From: Pseudobutyrivibrio ruminis
GTDB taxonomy: Bacteria; Bacillota; Clostridia; Lachnospirales; Lachnospiraceae
Assembly (NCBI GenBank): GCA_015057305.1
Contig: SVES01000008.1
Span: 27,361 to 59,360, forward strand
DNA: 32,000 bases
Reading direction: 5' to 3'
Under the pieces are notes generated by a model that worked only from the letters and a program-made list of their open reading frames with translations, was not told the origin of the DNA and searched no databases. Positions 8,786 through 17,597 of this stretch are shown here, piece by piece. Position 1 is the first letter of the stretch; every line of letters begins with the position of its first letter. Position numbers and translations under genes: made by a program.

Positions 8786-10189
8786 CTATCTATTAAGTGC
8801 ATTAATCGTGGCAGTAGCATCTTCTGATGAAGCAAACCAAAAACCAATATCTCCCTCCCCCTTTGGCAATTCAGAAATTTTATGTTCTTTTGTATTATAT
8901 ATTCCATGTTCATCAAGAAGCCTAAAACTTATAAAGTCGGCAAAGGCTTGCAAATCTTTAAGCTTTTGTTCCATTTCTTTATGCTCTTTAATATACCTTT
9001 TTTCAAAGGAATCCTCTTGGGAATTTAATTTATTCTTTAAATGAGGTAGTGCCACATGAATCATCTCGTAGTATTCTTCAAGGTTTCTATTGTATAGTTT
9101 TATAAACTCCTCTTTACCCATATCGTCCAACTTATCTATATTAGGAATTTTAAATTTCTCAACTCTTCTCATGGCCTCTTCCATATATTTTTGTTGCGCC
9201 TTTTTAAACCTATCATTTTGCCCAAAAGCTGGATCAAGAGCATTCTTAACTGTTCGGTCGTATTCATAATTCCAATTTCGTTTTTCCTGCTCAGTACTAT
9301 TAACTGGTTTCATCCCATTCTTAAATACCACACGCTTTGGCCATTGCACTTTTTGTTCATGCATATATTGCAAGGTTGTAAGTACTTGTCCTTCCTGTTC
9401 ACCAAAATTACTATTCTTTTCATTAGCTACTGCTACTCTACTATTGAACGCTTCCCCCTCACAGGCAAATCGCCCATCCTTCTGTTGCTTTTGCCACAGT
9501 ACATTAGATGAAGGTGAAACCTGTTCCAAATATTCCTTTGCGGCTTTAATTTCTTGCTGGATAGTTTCTTCCTTAGCCGCGAACTCGTCTTCCATTTTTT
9601 TATCCAAGGCTTCTTCTTTTAGGTGTACAAGTTGGTCCTGTAAGACCATTAGTATTGACACTTTTGCCTTAGCCTTAAGATATTTTTCATGCTCCGGAGA
9701 CTTTGCCTTAGCTTCGGCTGCTGCAATTCTACCTTCAAGACGTAGTTTCATCATCTTTTCACGATGCTTATAAATTTGCATAGGAGTTTTGCCTTCTTCA
9801 CTAAATCGGCTTGCAAGCTTATTAGCTTTTTCAAATTTATCCGCTGCCTTTCCTGCAGCTTTGCGCCTCTTATAGCCACCGCGAGTTCCATATTCAGTAT
9901 GCATAGCTTTGGAAGCTCGCTTATCTTTGCTCATATTTCTATATCTAGTCACCTTGGCTTTATTCATTTTATTATCCTGAAAATAATAATTGGTGCGTGT
10001 CTCAAATGTAGATTCATCATTAAAACGTTCATCTAGTCTGTCAATAACCTCGTTTCCAGCATAATTTTCACCAAGACGATCAAAGGACGCATTCGTCTCG
10101 TCAGAAACCATTTGTTCCGATTTTGATTCATAAAGAGGTCTATATTGATCTTCCTCTAAATTCTTTACAAGTGTTTCAAACTTTGGCAT
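8786..10189 (-). CDS. hypothetical, highly charged K/E-rich protein (no TM segment, no signal peptide, no motif recognised)
   Basis: 467-aa ORF with AGGAGG 6 nt upstream of ATG 10189. It starts 22 nt after the stop of the upstream GNAT-like gene. Confidence 0.8.
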   Translation of the reverse strand: MPKFETLVKNLEEDQYRPLYESKSEQMVSDETNASFDRLGENYAGNEVIDRLDERFNDESTFETRTNYYFQDNKMNKAKVTRYRNMSKDKRASKAMHTEYGTRGGYKRRKAAGKAADKFEKANKLASRFSEEGKTPMQIYKHREKMMKLRLEGRIAAAEAKAKSPEHEKYLKAKAKVSILMVLQDQLVHLKEEALDKKMEDEFAAKEETIQQEIKAAKEYLEQVSPSSNVLWQKQQKDGRFACEGEAFNSRVAVANEKNSNFGEQEGQVLTTLQYMHEQKVQWPKRVVFKNGMKPVNSTEQEKRNWNYEYDRTVKNALDPAFGQNDRFKKAQQKYMEEAMRRVEKFKIPNIDKLDDMGKEEFIKLYNRNLEEYYEMIHVALPHLKNKLNSQEDSFEKRYIKEHKEMEQKLKDLQAFADFISFRLLDEHGIYNTKEHKISELPKGEGDIGFWFASSEDATATINALNR

Positions 10190-10211
10190 ATACTACCTCC
10201 TATCTTCTCCA

Positions 10212-11033
10212 TCACCACTCAGCTTCATACACACTTACACTTTTTGCTGAGTCAAAAAGCTTCTTTGCTATTTTTTCAGAATCCTCATTAATTGCATCGA
10301 ACCTTAAATCATAATCTGGATAATTTTTCTCTATTTCTTCCACGGCAGAAACTAACAAATGCAATAGAGCTTTTGGATTATTGCTAAATAGAAATGAAAG
10401 CTCCAAGCTACTATCCGTATTTTTCTGGAAAAATATGGCAGCCTCCAATTTATTATTGATAAAAATGCATTGGCACAAATCTTTCACACATGCCCGCTCC
10501 CATTTGTCATAATCTTCTATAATGTAGCTACTGTTGTTGGCTAGATAATTGAGTACATTTCTTTGACTTTTGTTGTCTTCCGCAAAAAATTTTCTTTTAT
10601 CATAGTTTTCCTTGAGCCTACTATGTAAAAGAGGTGAGTTTACTATTTCTTCTGGAGCCACAACAAATCTTTCATGGGAATAATTTATATCCATCTTGTC
10701 ATAAGACACAAAGAAGGCATATAAGGCATTCTCATTTTCGTCAGTGAAATGGGCTGATATAGGATAAGCTTCCATGGTATCTGTAGCTACAGCTATTACC
10801 CTATCCATCAGATGCGTTCCTATTTTCTTACGTCTCATCTCTGGTTCCACATACAGCCAATCAACTTCATATTGATATTCGAAAATAGTAAAGGAAACTG
10901 CACCTAGCACATTGCCTTCCTCATCAAATGCGCCAATAGAGAATCTGGTACTGGTACTAAGCAATTCCTTTGGCAAAACCCCTTCAAAACCTGCATAATT
11001 GTCTTGGGTAATTAATACATAGTTTTCTTCCAT
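10212..11033 (-). CDS. GNAT-fold N-acetyltransferase-like protein with an extra C-terminal domain
   Basis: Start moved to ATG 11033 (MEENYV...) because GGAGGG lies 9 nt upstream and the longer track ORF would read through the crt terminator. Motif-A-like segment WLYVEPEMRRKKIGTHLMD. Confidence 0.7.
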   Translation of the reverse strand: MEENYVLITQDNYAGFEGVLPKELLSTSTRFSIGAFDEEGNVLGAVSFTIFEYQYEVDWLYVEPEMRRKKIGTHLMDRVIAVATDTMEAYPISAHFTDENENALYAFFVSYDKMDINYSHERFVVAPEEIVNSPLLHSRLKENYDKRKFFAEDNKSQRNVLNYLANNSSYIIEDYDKWERACVKDLCQCIFINNKLEAAIFFQKNTDSSLELSFLFSNNPKALLHLLVSAVEEIEKNYPDYDLRFDAINEDSEKIAKKLFDSAKSVSVYEAEW

Positions 11034-11089
11034 TAATATGCCCTCCATTTTGAAGGATATTATCATAAAAATGTGAATATTCTTTGCAT

Positions 11090-11112
11090 AAAAAAAGCCA
11101 CCCGAAGGTGGC
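11090..11112 (-). terminator. rho-independent terminator after crt
   Basis: GCCACC-CGAA-GGTGGC at 11097..11112, followed on the minus strand by 7 T (complement of 11090..11096). Confidence 0.85.
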
Positions 11113-11165
11113 TCAAAATCATTATGCTTGTCTACGTAACGGAAGGTCACATAGCCTTATAGAAA

Positions 11166-11969
11166 TTAGAAATCTGTAAGATTTGCTGCGCGTCTCTCAA
11201 GGAAAGCTCCCATGCCCTCAGCCTTATCATGTGTAGAGCATGTAATTCCAAAGAGATTAGCCTCCATCTCAACTGCGTTCTTGATATCCATATCGTATCC
11301 GTTGTTGATAGCAGCCTTTGCGATAGATACTGCATAGCTTCCCTTTGAAGCAATCTTAGCAGCCATAGCCTTAGCTGTAGACATAAGCTCATCTGTAGCC
11401 ACAACCTTGTTTACAAGACCGATTCTGTATGCTTCGTTAGCATCGATAGAATCACATGTAAAGATAAGCTCCTTAGCGCGTCCCATACCAACAAGACGAG
11501 CAAGACGCTGTGTGCCACCAAAGCCTGGAATAATTCCAAGACCTGTCTCTGGCTGACCAAATGTAGCATTCTCGCTAGCAATACGAATATCACAAGCCAT
11601 AGCGATTTCGCAACCACCGCCAAGTGCAAAACCATTAACTGCTGCAATAGTAGCCTGTCTCATGTTCATGAGCTTAAAGAATGGAACTGATGCTCTCATA
11701 CCAAATGCACGAGCCTCAGCTGCTGTAAAGTTAACCATTTCTGAAATATCAGCACCAGCAACAAATGACTTAAATGCATTATCTTTCTTGTCAGGTCCAC
11801 CTGTAAGAATAAGAACCTTTACATCATCTCTAGCTTCGATTTCTGTCAAAGCAACATTTAACTCGTCAAGTGTCTCTGAGTTAAGTGCGTTAAGTGCTGC
11901 TGGACGTGAAATTGTAAGCACTGCAATCTCATCAGCAACTTCAAGCTTCAAGTTATTAAATTCGCTCAT
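11166..11969 (-). CDS. crt: short-chain enoyl-CoA hydratase (crotonase family)
   Basis: 267-aa ORF matching clostridial crotonase throughout, for example AAVNGFALGGGCEIAMACDIRIAS and FGQPETGLGIIPGFGGTQRL. GGAGG RBS. Confidence 0.88.
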   Translation of the reverse strand: MSEFNNLKLEVADEIAVLTISRPAALNALNSETLDELNVALTEIEARDDVKVLILTGGPDKKDNAFKSFVAGADISEMVNFTAAEARAFGMRASVPFFKLMNMRQATIAAVNGFALGGGCEIAMACDIRIASENATFGQPETGLGIIPGFGGTQRLARLVGMGRAKELIFTCDSIDANEAYRIGLVNKVVATDELMSTAKAMAAKIASKGSYAVSIAKAAINNGYDMDIKNAVEMEANLFGITCSTHDKAEGMGAFLERRAANLTDF

Positions 11970-12018
11970 AGTAATCCTCCTCTTTTTAAGGGTGCATCCC
12001 TTTTATCTCATGATTAAT

Positions 12019-12047
12019 ATACTAGCTTATTGTTAAACTTTTGTCAA
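12019..12047 (-). promoter_or_regulatory. sigma-A-type promoter for crt
   Basis: The minus strand reads TTGACA (12047..12042), a 17-nt spacer, then TAGTAT (12024..19). This sits about 50 nt upstream of the crt ATG. Confidence 0.5.
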
Positions 12048-12053
12048 TCAAAT

Positions 12054-14624
12054 TTAACTGTTCCCCTCAGCCTTCATTTTCTTCTTGTTTTTGTACATTT
12101 CAGAGTCTGCCCGGTCAAATACATCTGAAACAAATTTATCCTCTTTAGAATATTTTGCACTACCTACTGCCAGGGTAACTTTTCCGGCTTTTTTGTTTCT
12201 TGCATTGGCTCTATTTATCTTTTCCAGCCTTGCTTCAAGGAATGTATAATCCTTGCCCTGAACAACCACTGCAAATTCATCACCACCGATTCTATACACA
12301 GGACTTCTAGAAAATACATCACAAAGAATATTACAGCCCTCTTTGATGTAGGCATCACCTGCCTGATGTCCCAAGGTATCATTTACCTGCTTTAGACCAT
12401 TTAAATCACATACAACCATGGCAAACTCAATATCCAGCCCTGCTTGAATTTGAATATTCAAATAATCCTCTTCATCGGCATATGCTCGTTTATTTTTGAC
12501 GCCAGTAAGCTGATCCTTTGTGGCTCTATCCTCTGCATCCTGTAGGGTATTAGTATATTCCAACTCCATTCTTACCTGTTTTTCAATATTTTGAACTCCT
12601 ACGATAAGCTGGGTACCATCAAGCTCATCCACAAGTGCTGCTTTTATACAGATATGAATAACCTCCCCATTTATAAGGAATCTGTACTTATATATGTAGG
12701 AGCCATTTTCCTTTATCATTTTTAATACATTTTTCTTGGTAAAATGTTTAAGGAAATTTCGCAAATCATCAGGGTGGGCTACTTTTCTGGCATTTTCTCT
12801 GGATTTCGCAAAGAAATCATTTCCTTTAATATCAATATTTAAGTCTGTGTATTCCTTTGAATAATTGAAGCATACATATTCTTCTGTATCTAAATCCACT
12901 GAATATACGCAAATGAAGTCCCTGGCTAGAGCCATGAACCTGCTATAGGTTATCTGTTCTTCCTTTATTCGCTCCATGGTCTCACGCTGCTTCATTTGAG
13001 CATCCACATCGCTTATTCCCATTATTATGTAGTTTTCGCCGCTTCTAACTCGCACAGCCTTTAGATTTACATAAAGCGGTTTGCCATTAACCACACGGCG
13101 ATATGTGATAGAATAGATTCCTTTTTCTTCTATATCCTTCTCAATCTTTTCTTTAGAAAAGACCTCCCGCATCATTTCAAGGTCTTCACTATATATACGA
13201 CGTTTAAAATCTTTCCTTATCTTGTTAAAGAAATCATGGGATTTTTCCTCTACAGAAACATTTCTGTTCTTAGCATCGGAACTGTATTCCACATATTCGT
13301 CAGTATCCATATTTATAAAATAAAGGTTGAAGTAATCCTCTGATAAAGCTCTTGCAATGTAATTGTAGGTAAGATTTTCAGAGGAGTTCTGCTTTTCTGT
13401 AACAGCAAGAATAACCAGCACAACTGCCGCAACTCTGGTGACAGGATTGACAGCGATTCTTTGGACAAGCATCTGCACAGTTCTACCATCATACAATCTG
13501 TCATCAAAAATCTGCTTCCGACCATCCATACCGCATTTACGGATTGTAGTCATAGTATATTTGCCGACCGTCTGGTCATTATTGTCAAAATCATAGGTGG
13601 ATTCTACATTATCATTGCCAAAATTGGTATACATAAATTCCCGGAATGTCTTGTTACCTCTGATTATTCTAAGTTTTCTATTTCCTGCTTCAATTATTGC
13701 AATAGGGAATGTATCAAAATAATTATCAAGCCCTGCACTTTTGTCCCTTGCAAAGGACAAATCATACAGATTAATTCTGCCAATTGCTGAATAATACTTA
13801 GATTCTTTAGGATTTTCAAATCCAATGGCTGCGCCATTTTCATATCTTAAGAAAATATCTGAAACAGAAAGCGGTTTGCAATATAAGAAGCCTTGCATTT
13901 TTGAACAACCAATTTCCTGAAGAAAATCTACCTGCTCTTTATATTCAACCCCCTCGGCAATAGTCTCCATGCCAAGGGACATTGCCATTCTAACAAGCTC
14001 AGTTAAAATAATCCTAGCGCTTTCGCTTGTGCTGATTTGCTTAACAAAGAACATGTTTATTTTAAGAGCATCAAACTTAATGCATTGCAATAATGCAATG
14101 GCATTATCACCACTGCCAAAATCGTCCATCCAAATTTGAAAGCCTAGCTCCTGGAACTGTTCGATTTGTGACATTACAAAATCGTTCCCTATGGAAAGGG
14201 AGCCTTCTGAAATATCAATTGCTATCAGACGCCGGGGAATTCTTGAATCCTCCACTCTCGAGGTGACTTCCTCAATAATGTCGCAGGAATAAAAATCCAC
14301 CTGGGACAGATTTATAGAGGTAGGCACCACATATAGGTCTTTCCTCCTCTGCTCATTCATCTTCTCGAGAGTCTTATCCAGTACAAAAAGGTCCAATTTA
14401 TAGACTTCATTGGTGGACTCCAGTGCAGGTATAAAATCTGCCGGATTCAGCATGCCAAAAACAGGGTCGTCCCATCTAACCAGCGCTTCTTCTGCGCATA
14501 CCCTGCCGCTGGAAGTCCTGACGATAGGTTGGAAATATACCTCAATCCAATTCTCCGCCATAGCCCTTTCAAAATTGTCCTGTATGTACTTACTCTTATT
14601 CAAAGATTTTCCGGCATCTGTCAT
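12054..14624 (-). CDS. c-di-GMP turnover protein with N-terminal EAL domain, central PAS-like region and C-terminal GGDEF domain
   Basis: 856-aa ORF. EAL-domain motifs: EALVRW, NLS, DDFGSG, EGVE, QGF. GGDEF-domain motifs: DLNGLKQVNDTLGHQAGD and RIGGDEFAVV. Its ATG directly abuts the upstream stop (TAGATG). Confidence 0.92.
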   Translation of the reverse strand: MTDAGKSLNKSKYIQDNFERAMAENWIEVYFQPIVRTSSGRVCAEEALVRWDDPVFGMLNPADFIPALESTNEVYKLDLFVLDKTLEKMNEQRRKDLYVVPTSINLSQVDFYSCDIIEEVTSRVEDSRIPRRLIAIDISEGSLSIGNDFVMSQIEQFQELGFQIWMDDFGSGDNAIALLQCIKFDALKINMFFVKQISTSESARIILTELVRMAMSLGMETIAEGVEYKEQVDFLQEIGCSKMQGFLYCKPLSVSDIFLRYENGAAIGFENPKESKYYSAIGRINLYDLSFARDKSAGLDNYFDTFPIAIIEAGNRKLRIIRGNKTFREFMYTNFGNDNVESTYDFDNNDQTVGKYTMTTIRKCGMDGRKQIFDDRLYDGRTVQMLVQRIAVNPVTRVAAVVLVILAVTEKQNSSENLTYNYIARALSEDYFNLYFINMDTDEYVEYSSDAKNRNVSVEEKSHDFFNKIRKDFKRRIYSEDLEMMREVFSKEKIEKDIEEKGIYSITYRRVVNGKPLYVNLKAVRVRSGENYIIMGISDVDAQMKQRETMERIKEEQITYSRFMALARDFICVYSVDLDTEEYVCFNYSKEYTDLNIDIKGNDFFAKSRENARKVAHPDDLRNFLKHFTKKNVLKMIKENGSYIYKYRFLINGEVIHICIKAALVDELDGTQLIVGVQNIEKQVRMELEYTNTLQDAEDRATKDQLTGVKNKRAYADEEDYLNIQIQAGLDIEFAMVVCDLNGLKQVNDTLGHQAGDAYIKEGCNILCDVFSRSPVYRIGGDEFAVVVQGKDYTFLEARLEKINRANARNKKAGKVTLAVGSAKYSKEDKFVSDVFDRADSEMYKNKKKMKAEGNS

Positions 14625-15293
14625 CTATACGTTTAATCTCCTTTGGATTTCACCAACTACCTCTCTACCTTTAAAGATAATTGCACCAACGAATAAAATA
14701 ACACTCACTAGAAGGCACACAATCCATGTTACAGGGCAATCTCTCTCTGAGAAATAAAAAACAACATAAGGAAGTATGCCTACTACTAAATTAGTAAGTA
14801 GATACACCATTGCATTGCCCTTTTTGTCAAGCATTGCAAGCACAAAATTTGCTATAAGCGTTCCCATAACCACTATAGGAGTCACCCAATCAGTCACCAG
14901 TCGAAAACAATGGATATAATATGCTGTCACCATAAGCATTATCAGTACTATAAATACAAAAAGTGTCAGCACTCTTGATGAACTAATTCCCTTTTTAAAG
15001 AGTCTCATTATGCCAAATTCAAATACTATCAGCCACATGGCGACTATTAAGCTCCAATGAATCTGCAGCGTTGGAAAAGGTGTAATGTGGAAAAGAAAAT
15101 CAATTCCAAGGCTTGCGATTACAAGGGTCCACACAATAAACAGCTGTAATTTATAAAAAAATGATTGTATCTTCAATGTGGTCTGCTGTGGAAAATAGGC
15201 CTGTTCCGCCTCACCATTAAGCTTGCTTTGGCATAATGGACATTTTTTAAGATTTCCACCAACCTCTATCTTACAATATGGACAATTTTTCAT
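14625..15293 (-). CDS. zinc-ribbon polytopic membrane protein (DUF6320-like)
   Basis: 222-aa ORF with N-terminal CPYC...CPLC followed by several TM segments. Its ATG overlaps the upstream stop by 1 nt (TAATG). Confidence 0.8.
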   Translation of the reverse strand: MKNCPYCKIEVGGNLKKCPLCQSKLNGEAEQAYFPQQTTLKIQSFFYKLQLFIVWTLVIASLGIDFLFHITPFPTLQIHWSLIVAMWLIVFEFGIMRLFKKGISSSRVLTLFVFIVLIMLMVTAYYIHCFRLVTDWVTPIVVMGTLIANFVLAMLDKKGNAMVYLLTNLVVGILPYVVFYFSERDCPVTWIVCLLVSVILFVGAIIFKGREVVGEIQRRLNV

Positions 15294-16540
15294 TATCGAA
15301 TCACCTCCGTTGCATATATTCTCACATTGATTCCATCATCCGTAAGACTTCTCACAAGATTTTTTACCACTCTTGTATTGGAATAAGGTGAGGTGATTCC
15401 AAGTGTCAAATCCCCATTATAGCTTGACATAGTTGAAAAGAGATTTGACGAGCTGCAAAAGGCACTATAGTTTTGTACCATTGAGGCAACATCAGCAGGT
15501 GGCTTCTGTACCCCCAGATTTGATAAAACTACTGATACCTTTTTATCGGTTACCTTTGAGCCATATTTTACTACCCATTGTTTAATAAATAGTGGCACAG
15601 CTCTGACCGGAGCAACATACTCCATAGTCTCAAAGTTGTCCATCTGCTTCTTTATATTATCCTCAGAAAGATTTGCTTTTAGCTTTTCATCAAATTCCTT
15701 TGCCAATGCTTCTAATGAAATGTCCTCATCAAAAACATGGGAAACATTTACATTATTAAAAAAGTTTCTTGATGTTTGGCTTGGGTAATAGTTTCTAAGG
15801 TTGACAGGCATTGACACATTGATTGGAGTCTTGCGCTTTCTCGGTGGCATGTCCTCCATAATTGCCAGCATAAATCTGGCTCCTATATAGCTAGTCAATG
15901 ACACTCCTATTTCCTTAGCCTTTGGAAGCATCTGCTCTGTAGGCATATGAACCTCGAAAAACTGTAGCTGGTCGTATGGTAACTTCAAACCACTTGGGTG
16001 ATAAGCATACTTTAGAGATGACCCCTTCAAGCCCATGCTGCCAAAAAACTGCTTATAACTATCCTGATTTAATTCATCCTCCGAAGCACCTGAATGAATA
16101 GTGGTTTCTTCAAACCTGCCTGGGTACTTTGCCTTAAGGTACTCAAGCACTATAATATTCAAAAACTCCAGGGCACCTGTGCCATCAGAAATGGCATGAA
16201 ACAGATCAAGATTAATTCTATTTCCATAATATGTAACACTATAGTGAAGCATTGCCCTACCAGGTATATAAAGAATCGGGCACACCCTGCCATGCTCCTC
16301 TGTTACCACAGGCTGAATATCTGTATCCTCCATATAATGCCAGAAAATACCTCGTCTAATTCTCACCTGAAACTGCGGTCTGATTTGAATTGCAGAAAGA
16401 ACTGCGCTCTGCAAAAGCTCTGGATCTATCTCCTCCCATAATGTAGCGCTAACTCTAAGTGTTCTAGTATCTCTCTTTGCTGCCGTTGCCAAAAAAACCT
16501 TCGCAACATTATCTACCTTATACCAATTATCTCTACTCAT
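15293..16540 (-). CDS. HxxxD-type acyltransferase (condensation / alcohol acetyltransferase-like)
   Basis: 415-aa ORF with the catalytic-type motif HAISDGTGA. AGAGGGA RBS upstream of ATG 16540. Confidence 0.75.
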   Translation of the reverse strand: MSRDNWYKVDNVAKVFLATAAKRDTRTLRVSATLWEEIDPELLQSAVLSAIQIRPQFQVRIRRGIFWHYMEDTDIQPVVTEEHGRVCPILYIPGRAMLHYSVTYYGNRINLDLFHAISDGTGALEFLNIIVLEYLKAKYPGRFEETTIHSGASEDELNQDSYKQFFGSMGLKGSSLKYAYHPSGLKLPYDQLQFFEVHMPTEQMLPKAKEIGVSLTSYIGARFMLAIMEDMPPRKRKTPINVSMPVNLRNYYPSQTSRNFFNNVNVSHVFDEDISLEALAKEFDEKLKANLSEDNIKKQMDNFETMEYVAPVRAVPLFIKQWVVKYGSKVTDKKVSVVLSNLGVQKPPADVASMVQNYSAFCSSSNLFSTMSSYNGDLTLGITSPYSNTRVVKNLVRSLTDDGINVRIYATEVIR

Positions 16541-16564
16541 TTTATCCCTCTAGTAATATAATCC

Positions 16565-16649
16565 GCTAGTTACGCGCACAAGCCTTATGATTTCTCCGCT
16601 CAGCTAACATGCTTCGCTTGAGAAATATAAGAGCTTGTGCACTACTAGC
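16565..16649. repeat. hairpin-repeat family copy B (intercistronic)
   Basis: Outer stem GCTAGTTACGCGCA/TGTGCACTACTAGC. Clamp CAAGC 16579-83 / GCTTG 16633-37. AT-rich stem CTTATGATTTCT/AGAAATATAAGA. 25-nt loop. Confidence 0.7.
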
Positions 16650-16679
16650 TCATCTAAATTCGAAATATTGCTTACACCA

Positions 16680-17597
16680 CTACGTGTATACCACCGCTGA
16701 TATGTAGTCGGCTACACGCTTCATGGCGCGGGTTGCCACAGGAAGAGGCATCTGCTGATACACATGCCAGCCATCCTTTTCTATGTCGATGACAGCGCTG
16801 CCACCCGCTTTGTGAATCCGCTTTTGCAATTTAATACTGTCATCCAAAAGTATTTCGTTTCTTCCAACCATAATAAGTGTTGGCGGAAACCCTGTAAAAT
16901 TTCCATTTAAAGGACTGAACCTTTCCTCAGAGAAATCCACAGCACTGCCTGCGTATGCCTCTCTAACGCCAAGCACGTAATCCTTTGTCAGAATGGGATC
17001 CTTTTCGGCGTATGTGTCATAGGATGAGCTGCTTGCAGTCATATCTGTCCATGGGCTAAACAAAATAAGACTCTTAGGTGACAATTGCTTTTCCTTTAGC
17101 AGCTTCATTGTCATGCAAAGAACCAGATTGCCTCCTGCAGAATCCCCAGCGAAAAGCACCTGTTTTGCGCCGTAGCCTCTTTCCATAAGGTAGTCCCATA
17201 CCTTCATGCCATCCTCCAGCTGTGCAGGATATTTGTGTTCCGGAGCAAGCCTGTATTCGAAGGACACCACAGAAAAGCCTGTTGCCACCGCAAGCTTGGC
17301 TGCAAGAATCCTTGCATAGGACAGACCGCCGCAGGTGTAACCACCACCATGGGCATATAATATAACATATTGTGGATTGTGGGCAAAATCAGGCTTCACC
17401 CACTCACAAGAAATATCATCAATTGAAAATCCCTCAACTGTAACATCACCAGTTGGAGCCGCCAGCTTCCCTGCCACCTCCATTGCAGCTCTTTGCTTTT
17501 TCAAATCCTCCTCAGTCAAGGATTTGCCCCCAATTGAGTTCACCGCTTTGAGGGCTTTCATCAACGGATCATTGAGATTTATTTTTAATAATGCCAT
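16680..17597 (-). CDS. alpha/beta hydrolase, HSL-type esterase/lipase
   Basis: 305-aa ORF with the oxyanion-hole motif HGGGY and nucleophile elbow GDSAGG. AAGGAGGGG RBS. Confidence 0.88.
   Translation of the reverse strand: MALLKINLNDPLMKALKAVNSIGGKSLTEEDLKKQRAAMEVAGKLAAPTGDVTVEGFSIDDISCEWVKPDFAHNPQYVILYAHGGGYTCGGLSYARILAAKLAVATGFSVVSFEYRLAPEHKYPAQLEDGMKVWDYLMERGYGAKQVLFAGDSAGGNLVLCMTMKLLKEKQLSPKSLILFSPWTDMTASSSSYDTYAEKDPILTKDYVLGVREAYAGSAVDFSEERFSPLNGNFTGFPPTLIMVGRNEILLDDSIKLQKRIHKAGGSAVIDIEKDGWHVYQQMPLPVATRAMKRVADYISAVVYT

Noticed and set aside
11034-11150. N-terminal extension of the GNAT-like ORF (track start 11150)
   Set aside because: The extension reads through the crt rho-independent terminator and has no RBS. 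The internal ATG at 11033 has GGAGGG at the proper spacing.
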